A DNA stretch of 64,000 nucleotides from an uncultured Desulfobacterales bacterium (GTDB taxonomy: Bacteria > Desulfobacterota > Desulfobacteria > Desulfobacterales > QNYZ01), in the NCBI GenBank assembly GCA_964577615.1, contig CAZNZW010000008.1, positions 54 to 64,053 on the forward strand, written 5' to 3'. Shown one piece after another: positions 1-8,648 of this stretch. The number at the start of each line of letters is the position of its first letter. Position 1 is the stretch's first letter. Under the pieces are notes generated by a model. It worked only from the letters and a program-made list of their open reading frames with translations. It ran no database searches and was not told the origin of the DNA. The position numbers and the translations under genes were made by a program.

Positions 1-100
1 AATTCCTTACAAATGATTTTCAAAAAATGATCAGGAGATGAGCAACAATTAACACGACATGGGACACGATATGGTGATATAGAATATCGGATATGGGACA

Positions 101-254
101 TGTCAATAATATTGACAAGCTGCATGGAAAATAGGGGACGTCCCCTATTTTCGGCCATGTCAGGCACATCCCCGTTAAATGGTCTTCGAATCTAACGGGG
201 CAAGTAAACCATCAGCCTACGCCTCTTGCTTCGACTCGATAAATCAGCCTACGC
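101..254. repeat. Cluster of short palindromes and direct repeats (REP-like)
   Basis: TGTCAATA-A-TATTGACA (101-117); perfect 26-bp palindrome GAAAATAGGGGACGTCCCCTATTTTC (127-152); inverted repeat CCCCGTTA/TAACGGGG (170-177/193-200); direct repeat ATCAGCCTACGC (211-222, 243-254). Confidence 0.7.
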
Positions 255-450
255 TTTCAGCCTTGACCCGGTAAACCGATACCATAAGAGAGAATGTCTT
301 CTGGAATTTCCAAGAGATCGCCATAGCCGGAAAAACATTTTTATGGGATCAACCGTTACTGTGCCCAACCTCAAAAAGAACCAAAACGGACTCCCAAAAC
401 ACGGCTCAAACCGGGAACCGTGAATATTCGGAAAAATATTGTTCTTATGT

Positions 451-491
451 GGTGGCAGCCGCTTAACTTAAATGATAAGGTAGCTGCCGCC
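451..491. terminator. GC-rich stem-loop upstream of the sulfatase (terminator or REP-like hairpin)
   Basis: GGTGGCAGC (451-459) pairs with GCTGCCGCC (483-491), with inner CTTA/TAAG; no clear U-tract. Confidence 0.35.
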
Positions 492-579
492 TGAGTTGAG
501 TAAAAATAAATATAAATTATCCTGTCAAAAATTTTATAATAAACGGACAAGCCGGTAAACTTTTCAGGGAGCGGTAAAT

Positions 580-2142
580 ATGAATCAGGAAAAACTTAAC
601 TTTCTGTTTATTATGGCTGATCAAATGACAGCCAAAGCACTGCCGTTTTATGGGCATCCTGTTGTAAAAACACCCAATTTATCCAAATTAGCGGAAGAAG
701 GGGTTGTTTTTGAAAATGCCTATTGCAATAGCCCGCTATGCGCGCCATCACGGTTTTCCATGATGTCCGGGCAGCTGCCATCCACAATCGGTGCGCACGA
801 CAATGGGGCCAATTTTTCAGCTGATATTCCTACTTTTGCGCACTATCTACGGAATTCAGGGTATTATACCTGCCTGTCCGGAAAAATGCATTTTGTGGGT
901 GCTGATCAACTGCATGGTTTTGAAGATCGCTTGACCACGGACATTTATCCCGGAGATTACGGATGGGTTCCTGATTGGGAAAATTTTGAAGAACGACCGA
1001 CCTGGTATCACAACCTGTTGAGCGTCGTTCAATCTGGCCAATGTCAAACCAGTAACCAATTGGACTTTGATGAAGAGGTTGAGTTTTTATCTGTGCGGAA
1101 AATTTATGATCTGGCCCGGCGGCAAGATGACCGACCTTTTTTATTGCTGTCTTCTTTCACGCATCCGCATGATCCATTTGCGATTACCAAGGAATATTGG
1201 GACAGATACGATGACAGCGAGATCGATATGCCTGAGATACCGCTGACAGACTATGATGATCTGGATCCTCACAGCCAAAGAATTCATCATGTGTGCGCCA
1301 TGGGAGACTATAAACAGCATGAGAATTATGTGCGCAATTCCCGTCATGCCTATTATGCCATGATCAGCTATATCGATGACAAGGTTGGCGCGTTGATCAA
1401 CGCACTGGAAGCCACCGGGATGAGAGAAAACACGGCGATAATTTTTGTATCCGACCATGGTGAGATGCTGGGGAATCGCGGTTTGTGGTATAAAATGTCC
1501 TTTTTTGAATGGGCATCTCGAATTCCAATGATATTCAATCTGCCCAGACGATTTGCCCATCAACGCATTTCAAACCCGGTGTCGCTGGTCGATATTCTTC
1601 CCACCATTACCGAATTGGCGGCAGGCGAAGAGACCATGAAATATGCAGATCCACCGGAGGGACGTAATCTTGTTCCGGTGATGGAAGAGACAGAAGCGCT
1701 GGCAGATGAACCGGTTTATGGGGAGATGCTGTTTGAAACCGCCATTGCACCGGTATTGATGATTCGCGACAAGCGTTTTAAATATATTTATTGTGAAAAA
1801 GATCCTGAGCAGTTATTTGACCTGAAAAATGATCCCCAGGAGTTGACAAACTTGGCCACCCATCCGGAATATCAGAGAATAAGACAAAATTTTTATGATC
1901 AAGTGATGAAAAAATGGGATATTAAAGATTTAACCACCAAGGTGCTTGCCAGTCAAAAACGGCGTCAAGTGGTCTATCAGGCGCTGAATACCGGCCGGCG
2001 CACGTCCTGGGACTTTCAGCCGTTTGAGGATGCATCAGAAAAGTATATGCGAAGTCATATGGATCTCAACGTTTTAGAACGGACGGCACGTTATCCGGTA
2101 CCGGATGTGCCGCCGCCCGATGGAATTAATATCAAAAAGTAA
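580..2142 (+). CDS. betC: Choline-sulfatase (formylglycine-dependent sulfatase)
   Basis: N-terminal FIMADQ, FGly motif LCAPSRFSMMSG, GKMHF, SDHGEM; C-terminal WDFQPFEDASEKYMRSHMDL typical of choline-sulfatases; RBS GGGAG. Confidence 0.85.
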   Translation: MNQEKLNFLFIMADQMTAKALPFYGHPVVKTPNLSKLAEEGVVFENAYCNSPLCAPSRFSMMSGQLPSTIGAHDNGANFSADIPTFAHYLRNSGYYTCLSGKMHFVGADQLHGFEDRLTTDIYPGDYGWVPDWENFEERPTWYHNLLSVVQSGQCQTSNQLDFDEEVEFLSVRKIYDLARRQDDRPFLLLSSFTHPHDPFAITKEYWDRYDDSEIDMPEIPLTDYDDLDPHSQRIHHVCAMGDYKQHENYVRNSRHAYYAMISYIDDKVGALINALEATGMRENTAIIFVSDHGEMLGNRGLWYKMSFFEWASRIPMIFNLPRRFAHQRISNPVSLVDILPTITELAAGEETMKYADPPEGRNLVPVMEETEALADEPVYGEMLFETAIAPVLMIRDKRFKYIYCEKDPEQLFDLKNDPQELTNLATHPEYQRIRQNFYDQVMKKWDIKDLTTKVLASQKRRQVVYQALNTGRRTSWDFQPFEDASEKYMRSHMDLNVLERTARYPVPDVPPPDGINIKK

Positions 2143-2150
2143 TAAAAACT

Positions 2151-3305
2151 ATGGTTCATCCCTTTTCCCTGCTTGTGAAGCCCGCCTCGGCTGATTGTAA
2201 TTTGGCCTGTCAATATTGTTTTTATTTATCCAAATCAGAACTGTATTCTGAGACAAGAACCCATCGAATGTCTCCTGTTGTTTTGGAACAATTGATAAAA
2301 ACCTATCTGGCAACGGATCAGTTACACCATTCAATATGCTGGCAAGGTGGAGAACCCACGATGATGGGTGTTGAATTTTTTCGCCAAGCGGTGGCGTTTC
2401 AGCAAAAATATGGGAAGGCCGGTACAACAATAGCCAATTCGCTTCAGACCAATGCGACTTTGATTGATGATGAAATGGCGCGTCTGTTTTCTCAATATCA
2501 CTTTTTACTGGGGTGCAGCCTGGATGGGCCAGCCGCGGTTCATAACCGGTTTCGGCGGACACGGGCGGGACAGCCAACGCACGGGCGAGTGATAAAAGGG
2601 CTCAGTCTGCTGAATAAGCATAAAGTGGACTATAATATACTGACACTTGTGACGCAGGCCAATGTCCAGAAAGCCAAATCCGTTTATCGGTATTTGATTG
2701 AGAGAGGTGTTTTATTTCAGCAATATATTCCTTGTGTTGAATTTGATGAAACAGGAGCGCCAACACCGTTTTCTATTTCCGGAAAGGAGTGGGGAATATT
2801 CTTGTCCGAGCTGTTTGATGAGTGGATTTCCGATTCTCCCAAAACGATTTCAGTTCGTAATTTCGAATCCGTTCTGGCCAAATTAGTGGACAACGTAAAC
2901 AGTGTCTGCACAATGGGTACAAAGTGTGACCAGTACTTTGTTGTTGAGTACAACGGCGATGTTTATCCTTGTGACTTTTTTGTTGAGAATCGATGGAAGC
3001 TCGGCAATATCATGGAAAACTCCTGGCAGAAAATCATCGAAAGCCCTGTTTACCTACAATTTGGGTCACAGAAAAATCAGTGGCACGAACAATGCGGATC
3101 CTGTACCTATCGTTCACTTTGCAGCGGGGATTGTTTAAAATATCGAGTTGATTCCGAACAAGACCCCCGGACATTGAGCTGGCTGTGTGAGGGGTGGAAG
3201 GCTTTTTATGATCACACGCTGGTGCGTTTCCGCCATCTTGCCGATGAGATCCGCCAGATAAGAATCGATATGGCTCAAAATTCCCGCCCGATAAAACTAC
3301 CGTAG
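2151..3305 (+). CDS. Anaerobic sulfatase maturase (radical SAM/SPASM, anSME family)
   Basis: VKPASADCNLACQYC, WQGGEPT, LQTNATL; SPASM cysteines (CTMGTKC, GDVYPCD, CGSCTYRSLCSGDC); 8 bp downstream of the sulfatase. Confidence 0.92.
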   Translation: MVHPFSLLVKPASADCNLACQYCFYLSKSELYSETRTHRMSPVVLEQLIKTYLATDQLHHSICWQGGEPTMMGVEFFRQAVAFQQKYGKAGTTIANSLQTNATLIDDEMARLFSQYHFLLGCSLDGPAAVHNRFRRTRAGQPTHGRVIKGLSLLNKHKVDYNILTLVTQANVQKAKSVYRYLIERGVLFQQYIPCVEFDETGAPTPFSISGKEWGIFLSELFDEWISDSPKTISVRNFESVLAKLVDNVNSVCTMGTKCDQYFVVEYNGDVYPCDFFVENRWKLGNIMENSWQKIIESPVYLQFGSQKNQWHEQCGSCTYRSLCSGDCLKYRVDSEQDPRTLSWLCEGWKAFYDHTLVRFRHLADEIRQIRIDMAQNSRPIKLP

Positions 3306-3438
3306 TTGTCGCAAGAGAAAAAATATAAGTAGACATGATTCCTGCTCCGGTAATTTATTTTGACAAGCCAGACATGATCATGCCAACACCGCCGGGCTGC
3401 CTTATCAATAAAAGTACGATTCCAGCCAGGAGACCGGT

Positions 3439-3504
3439 ATGCCACGAACCGTAAGATTGATTATACCGGGTGAGCCGGCGGTGGATCATGCCCCGGGGTG
3501 TTGA
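3439..3504 (+). pseudogene. N-terminal relic of an IS200-like/REP-associated tyrosine transposase
   Basis: RBS CAGGAG then MPRTVRLIIPGEPAVDHAPGC*, resembling the MPRxxRxxxxGExxxYH start of RAYT/Y1 transposases; premature stop after 21 codons. Confidence 0.5.
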
Positions 3505-3637
3505 ACTGATTCTGTTATCAATTTTTCAGGCTGTCTCCTGTCACTAAAAACATCTCATTTGGAATACCCCGTTTCATTAACATTCAACTGCCCTGATGTT
3601 ACGAACGGCATTGGATGGATTTCCCATTGGTGATGTG

Positions 3638-3796
3638 GAGATGAATTTGCATAATGGAATAAAAAGGGGTAATCTGAAAGCGGATTGGGGGATTTAGCTT
3701 GTTTTATTCGGTAATATCCACATTGATCCGAATTTAGAAAATAAATAATGGCGATGCCGAAGGTTCCTTTTTACAAGAAAAAGTGGTCATCTGAAA
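3638..3796. repeat. Copy A of a ~160-bp duplicated non-coding element
   Basis: TTTGCATAATGGAATAAAAAGGGGTAATCTGAAAGCGGATT... aligns colinearly with 4661-4820. Confidence 0.8.
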
Positions 3797-3976
3797 TTAC
3801 GGTTTTTCTACACACTCGTTAGATCGATCAAACCTGGATTCTTCCGTAGGCTTTATTGCAGGGGTGGCATTGCAGTAAATCTTCCCAAAAACCTTATTTG
3901 GCGGCACGCAGACGCGGCCCTGTAAGTATTTTTGTGCTTCGGTGTCACTTAAGAATGGGAGAGGAGGCGTTAACAT

Positions 3977-4627
3977 ATGAAGACTACGAACAATCCTTCT
4001 GATATGTGCACGTGGCGGCCGTCATCTGAATGCGCAGACTGTTCTCTCGCAGGGCGGCTGAAATGCCGTTTTGACCGAGGCTATCTGTTTCATTTTATAG
4101 CGATGTTTGCCGGTTTTGCCATTCCGGCTGTTGTCGGTATGATTCTGGGCGGTTACGGCTGGTATCTTCTGGGGTGGGCAATGTTCTGCCTCTTCTTTTT
4201 TGAGTTATGGGAGATTCGCATTCTGTGCAGTCATTGTCCCTACTACGCTGAAAAGGGACGGACGCTGCACTGCATCGCCAATTACGGTTCCTTCAAGGCC
4301 TGGAAATATCATCCCGAACCGATTAGCCGGGGAGAGACAACCCAACTCATCATCGGCTTTATCATTCTGTGCGGGTATCCGTTTCCTTTTTTGCTTCTGG
4401 CCGGGCAGCTGGCCTGGAGTTTTGTGGCTGCGTGGGGGTTGGTCCTGTTTTTCTGGACATTGCGTAAATACACCTGCTCCCAGTGCATAAATTTTTCCTG
4501 CCTTATGAACACAGTACCCCCGGATGTGGTTGACAGGTATCTCGAGCGCAACCCGGTGATGAAAAAGGCGTGGGAAGATAGCGGCTGGCAATCTGAAGAC
4601 AAGCAACCGCCGCAAGGTAAGACGTAG
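3977..4627 (+). CDS. Cys-rich membrane protein of unknown function
   Basis: RBS GAGGAGG; about 4 hydrophobic segments; Cys clusters CADC, CSHCPYY, CSQCINFSC. Confidence 0.75.
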   Translation: MKTTNNPSDMCTWRPSSECADCSLAGRLKCRFDRGYLFHFIAMFAGFAIPAVVGMILGGYGWYLLGWAMFCLFFFELWEIRILCSHCPYYAEKGRTLHCIANYGSFKAWKYHPEPISRGETTQLIIGFIILCGYPFPFLLLAGQLAWSFVAAWGLVLFFWTLRKYTCSQCINFSCLMNTVPPDVVDRYLERNPVMKKAWEDSGWQSEDKQPPQGKT

Positions 4628-4660
4628 AGTGACAGCCCGAATTCAGAATTCTCCGGTCGG

Positions 4661-4820
4661 GAGTGGATTTGCACAATGGGATAAAAAAGGGTAGTCTGAA
4701 ATCGGATTTTTTGGGGGGAAGGCTATTTTAAATCGGAAATATCCGTATATATCCAAAATTGAAAGATAAATGCTGGCGAAGGCGGAGACTGCTTTCTGGA
4801 AAAAAGGCAGCCGTCTAAAA
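4661..4820. repeat. Copy B of the ~160-bp duplicated non-coding element
   Basis: GAGTGGATTTGCACAATGGGATAAAAAAGGGTAGTCTGAAATCGGATT... direct-orientation homolog of 3638-3796. Confidence 0.8.
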
Positions 4821-4860
4821 ATATGGATCCAAACACGCGTCAGATTCCCAAGAGGCATCA

Positions 4861-5613
4861 ATGAAAATCGCGGCGTTGTCAGATATTCACAGTAACGCAT
4901 TTGCACTGGCAGCTGTTATTGACGATGTAAAAAAGCGTGGTGTAGAGCAAATGCTCAATCTTGGAGATATTTTTTATGGCCCAATTGCACCAAAGGCAAC
5001 TTTTGATATTCTAAAAAAGCATAGTTTCATCACTATTCGAGGAAATCAGGATCGCCAGATCTGTGAGGCCTCCCAAGAAGAAATAGACTCTAATCCAACA
5101 TTGCGGTTTGTTCTTGATGATCTTGGCAAAGAACCAATTTCCTGGCTTAAATCACTTCCATTCGACAACCAGATAGATGATGAAATCTACATGTGCCACG
5201 GGACTCCAAACAATGACATGGAATATCTTCTTGAAAATATTGAGACCGGATTTCCCTGCCTGCGTTCTGATTGCGAGATAATGTCCGCACTTCATGGACA
5301 GTCATCGAACATAATTATTTGTGGGCATACGCATATTCCGCGAACTGTAAGAATTGCTTCCGGCCAGCTCATAATAAATCCAGGCAGTGTCGGTTTACCA
5401 GCCTACACTGATGATGAGCCTGTCGCTCATGCTATGGAAAATTATTGTCCGCATGCATCATATGCCGTTATTGAAAAAAGTAAAAAGGGGTGGACAGTCC
5501 AACAGATAAAAGTATCTTATGATTATCAGGAAGCCGTTAAAATGGCCAAAGAAAGACAACGAGATGATTGGGGGCATTTTTTAAACACCGGCAGGCGATT
5601 AGATAATGGATAA
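4861..5613 (+). CDS. Metallophosphoesterase (calcineurin-like, YfcE/MJ0936 family)
   Basis: Motifs SDIHSN, LGD, RGNQD, CHGTP, GHTH, NPGSVG. Confidence 0.9.
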   Translation: MKIAALSDIHSNAFALAAVIDDVKKRGVEQMLNLGDIFYGPIAPKATFDILKKHSFITIRGNQDRQICEASQEEIDSNPTLRFVLDDLGKEPISWLKSLPFDNQIDDEIYMCHGTPNNDMEYLLENIETGFPCLRSDCEIMSALHGQSSNIIICGHTHIPRTVRIASGQLIINPGSVGLPAYTDDEPVAHAMENYCPHASYAVIEKSKKGWTVQQIKVSYDYQEAVKMAKERQRDDWGHFLNTGRRLDNG

Positions 5614-5708
5614 AATTTTTCTCACAATTGGGGCGGTGGATTCAATTATGCGAAAATTTCTGGGCACTACCTCGGATGGCGGTCCCAAAAAGGAGTGGTT
5701 GCCGGCGT

Positions 5709-6431
5709 TTATTCGCCCAGGTACGCTTTCCGGATTTCAGGATTGTTGAGGAGCTTGTCGGCGCTGTCCTCGAGGGTGATGCGGCCGGTTTCAAGCACAT
5801 ATCCCCGGGAGGCGACCTGAAGGGCCAGGTTGGCATTCTGTTCCACCAGCAAAATCGTGGTACCTTCTTTTTTATTGACGTCCTTGATGATGTCAAATAT
5901 CTGCTGGACAATCAGGGGCGCCAGGCCCAGAGAGGGTTCATCCAGCAGCAGGACCCTGGGCCGGCCCATCAGGGCCCGGGCAATGGCCAGCATCTGCTGC
6001 TCGCCGCCGGATAAAGTGCCGCCATGCTGCCGGCACCGGTCTTTCAGAATGGGAAAAAGGGAATAAACATGCTGCCGGTCTTCTTCAATCGTATCTTTAT
6101 CGGTACGATAAAAGGCCCCCAGAGTCAAATTTTCATCGACGGTCAGCCGGGGAAAAATCCGCCGCCCCTCGGGAACCTGGCACAATCCCATCCTGGGGAG
6201 TGCTTCCGCCGCCATCTTGTGAATGGGGGCGCCATCATACCAGATCTCTCCCCGGTCGATGGGCACCACGCCGCAGGTTGTCATTAATGCGGTGGATTTG
6301 CCGGCCCCGTTGGCGCCGATGATCGCCACAATTTCCCCGGGATAGACTTTCAGGGAAATTCCCTTGAGGGATTTGATGCTGCCATAGCTGGAATGCACTT
6401 CTTTCAGTTCAAGTATCGGCTGCGTCGCCAT
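5709..6431 (-). CDS. livF: Branched-chain amino acid ABC transporter ATP-binding protein
   Basis: Walker A GANGAGKST, QVPEGRRIF, LSGGEQQM, LLLDEPS, VEQN. Confidence 0.93.
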   Translation of the reverse strand: MATQPILELKEVHSSYGSIKSLKGISLKVYPGEIVAIIGANGAGKSTALMTTCGVVPIDRGEIWYDGAPIHKMAAEALPRMGLCQVPEGRRIFPRLTVDENLTLGAFYRTDKDTIEEDRQHVYSLFPILKDRCRQHGGTLSGGEQQMLAIARALMGRPRVLLLDEPSLGLAPLIVQQIFDIIKDVNKKEGTTILLVEQNANLALQVASRGYVLETGRITLEDSADKLLNNPEIRKAYLGE

Positions 6432-7658
6432 CTACCCCTCCCTCTCTTCACTACGCGCGCCCATCCGTTTGGCGGGAAGCAGTCCGGCCGGGCGAAACAG
6501 CATCATCACGACCATGGCCATGCCAAAGACCAGCATCCGATAGGTTTCAAATTCCCGGAAAACTTCCGGCAGGATAATCAAGGCTGCCGATCCCAATATC
6601 ACGCCGGGGATGGACGCCATGCCGCCCAGCACCACCATACTGAGAACCATGGCCGATTCAAGAAAAGTAAAGCTCTCCGGACTGACGAAGCGCATGCGGG
6701 CACAGAAAAAAGTGCCGGCCAGTCCGGCAAAAGCCGCCCCCATGGCGTAGGCCAGCAGCTTGAGTTTGAAGGTGTCTACGCCCATCAGCTCAGCGGCGGT
6801 TTCATCTTCGCGGATCGATTCCCATGCCCGCCCGATTCGGGAAAAATTCAGTCGTTTGACTGCAACGATGGTAATGATCGCCAGAATCAGGGCAACATAG
6901 TAAAGGTAGTACAGTTTTTTCAGGTAGAATATTTCCAGCCTGAATCCACCGTCAAAATGGGGGATGTAGATACTGGGCGGCTTGACCCCCAGGATGCCGT
7001 TGGGTCCGTTGGTAAGCGACATCCAGTTGTTGAGCAGGATACGGACGATTTCCCCGAAACCCAGCGTTACGATTGCCAGATAATCCCCCCGCATGCGAAG
7101 CGTAGGGTACCCGATGAGACATCCGGCAATCAGCGCCAGTGTGGCTGAAATCGGCAGACAAAGCCAGAAGGAAAGACCGAAATGGATATTCATCAAGGCG
7201 TAGGTGTACGCGCCCACTCCGTAAAAGGCGATGTATCCCAGATCAAGCATGCCGGCCAGCCCCACAACCACATTAAGCCCCAGCCCCAGACAGATATAGA
7301 TCAGGACGTTAATGGCAACATCCTGCGCATATCGGCCGGTAAAAAACGGGTAGCAGAAAGCCAGGCCGAACAGGACAGCCAGCCACACCCCGCTTGGCAC
7401 GGCCCTTGACGCCAGTTTGACGCGCGTTTGCAGCCCCGCTATCGGTCTGCTGATAAAATCCAGCCCCCCGCTTTTATTCAGAACGTAAAGCAGCAGGCAG
7501 ATAAACGTGGCAACGGCAATATAACCCCATACGCTAAAAGTATTGCCAAAGGAGATTGTACCGTCAGGATGAATTCCCAGAAGCGGCCACAACAGGCCCA
7601 GCAGCCACAAAATGCCGATGGCCCAGGTTTTCCAGACTTTTTTAAACTCTTGTATCAT
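6432..7658 (-). CDS. livM: Branched-chain amino acid ABC transporter permease
   Basis: GLNVVVGLAGMLDLGYIAFYGVGAY, LRMRGDYLAIVTLGFGEI. Confidence 0.92.
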   Translation of the reverse strand: MIQEFKKVWKTWAIGILWLLGLLWPLLGIHPDGTISFGNTFSVWGYIAVATFICLLLYVLNKSGGLDFISRPIAGLQTRVKLASRAVPSGVWLAVLFGLAFCYPFFTGRYAQDVAINVLIYICLGLGLNVVVGLAGMLDLGYIAFYGVGAYTYALMNIHFGLSFWLCLPISATLALIAGCLIGYPTLRMRGDYLAIVTLGFGEIVRILLNNWMSLTNGPNGILGVKPPSIYIPHFDGGFRLEIFYLKKLYYLYYVALILAIITIVAVKRLNFSRIGRAWESIREDETAAELMGVDTFKLKLLAYAMGAAFAGLAGTFFCARMRFVSPESFTFLESAMVLSMVVLGGMASIPGVILGSAALIILPEVFREFETYRMLVFGMAMVVMMLFRPAGLLPAKRMGARSEEREG

Positions 7659-8553
7659 CGATATTTTCGCCCATGATTCCGGTCGGTTTGAAATAGAGCA
7701 CGGAGATCAGAATGATAAATGCAAACACATCTTTATATTGGCCGGAGATATAGCCCGCGCCAAATACTTCCACCATGCCGATGATCAGGCCACCCAGCAT
7801 CGCGCCGGTGATGTTCCCGATGCCGCCCAGAACCGCCGCGGCAAAAGCCTTTATCCCCGGCAGAAATCCCATATCATAGCGGACCGAACCGTAGTACAGG
7901 CCCACCATGATACCGGCGGCCGCGGCAAGCCCCGCCCCGATGGCGAAAGTCAGGGAAATGATGCGGTTACTGCTGATGGAGACCAGGGAGCTCATTACCT
8001 TGTCCTGGGCGGTGGCCCGCATGGCCATGCCGATTTTTGTTTTGAAAACCAGAACATTCAGTCCAACGAGCAGAAAAATCGTCATGCCCACGATCAGCAT
8101 TTGAAGATAGCTGATCGTAATCATTCCGAAATTTAATCCGCCCTGAAACAGCTCGCTGGGATAAGCCTTATCGTAAACTCCCTGGGTCAGCATCAATCCG
8201 TTCGACAAAAAAATCGACATCCCCAGCGCGGACAGCAGAACCGCCAGCCGGGACTGACTGCGCAGGGGTTTGTAGGCAACTTTTTCAACGCCGATGGCGA
8301 GAAAAGCGCAATACCCCATGGAAAGCGCAAAGGCCGCGGTCAGGCAGAGAATCGGATGCGTGTCCAGATACCCCCGGCCGGTGAAATAGCTGAGCAGAAT
8401 CACGCCGACGTAGCCGCCGGCCGAAAAGAATTCACCGTGCGCAAAGTTGATCAGCTGGATAACCCCGTACACCATCGTGTATCCAAGGGCGATCAGGGCA
8501 TACAGCCCGCCCAGCGTGATCCCGTTAATCAGTTGCTGAATAAAATATTCCAT
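7642..8553 (-). CDS. livH: Branched-chain amino acid ABC transporter permease
   Basis: LINGITLGGLYALIALGYTMVYG...INFAHGEF, KAFAAAVLGGIG. Confidence 0.93.
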   Translation of the reverse strand: MEYFIQQLINGITLGGLYALIALGYTMVYGVIQLINFAHGEFFSAGGYVGVILLSYFTGRGYLDTHPILCLTAAFALSMGYCAFLAIGVEKVAYKPLRSQSRLAVLLSALGMSIFLSNGLMLTQGVYDKAYPSELFQGGLNFGMITISYLQMLIVGMTIFLLVGLNVLVFKTKIGMAMRATAQDKVMSSLVSISSNRIISLTFAIGAGLAAAAGIMVGLYYGSVRYDMGFLPGIKAFAAAVLGGIGNITGAMLGGLIIGMVEVFGAGYISGQYKDVFAFIILISVLYFKPTGIMGENIDDTRV

Positions 8554-8600
8554 GGCGGTCGGTCTTTACTGTCCACGTCTGCAGAAAAGCAGGCAATAAT

Positions 8601-8632
8601 AAAACGGCTGCCCCGTTTATTACAGGACAGCC
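8601..8632 (-). terminator. Intergenic hairpin after the binding-protein gene
   Basis: Minus strand GGCTGTCC...GGGCAGCC followed by GTTTTATT. Confidence 0.55.
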
Positions 8633-8648
8633 ATGTGACGACAAACGT

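Noticed and set aside
226-423. 65-aa ORF upstream of the sulfatase
   Set aside because: Starts inside the repeat cluster, no RBS, no recognisable motif.
4643-4906. 87-aa minus-strand ORF across repeat copy B
   Set aside because: The matching frame in copy A has stops and frameshifts, so the repeat is not a conserved coding unit; it also overlaps the phosphoesterase start.
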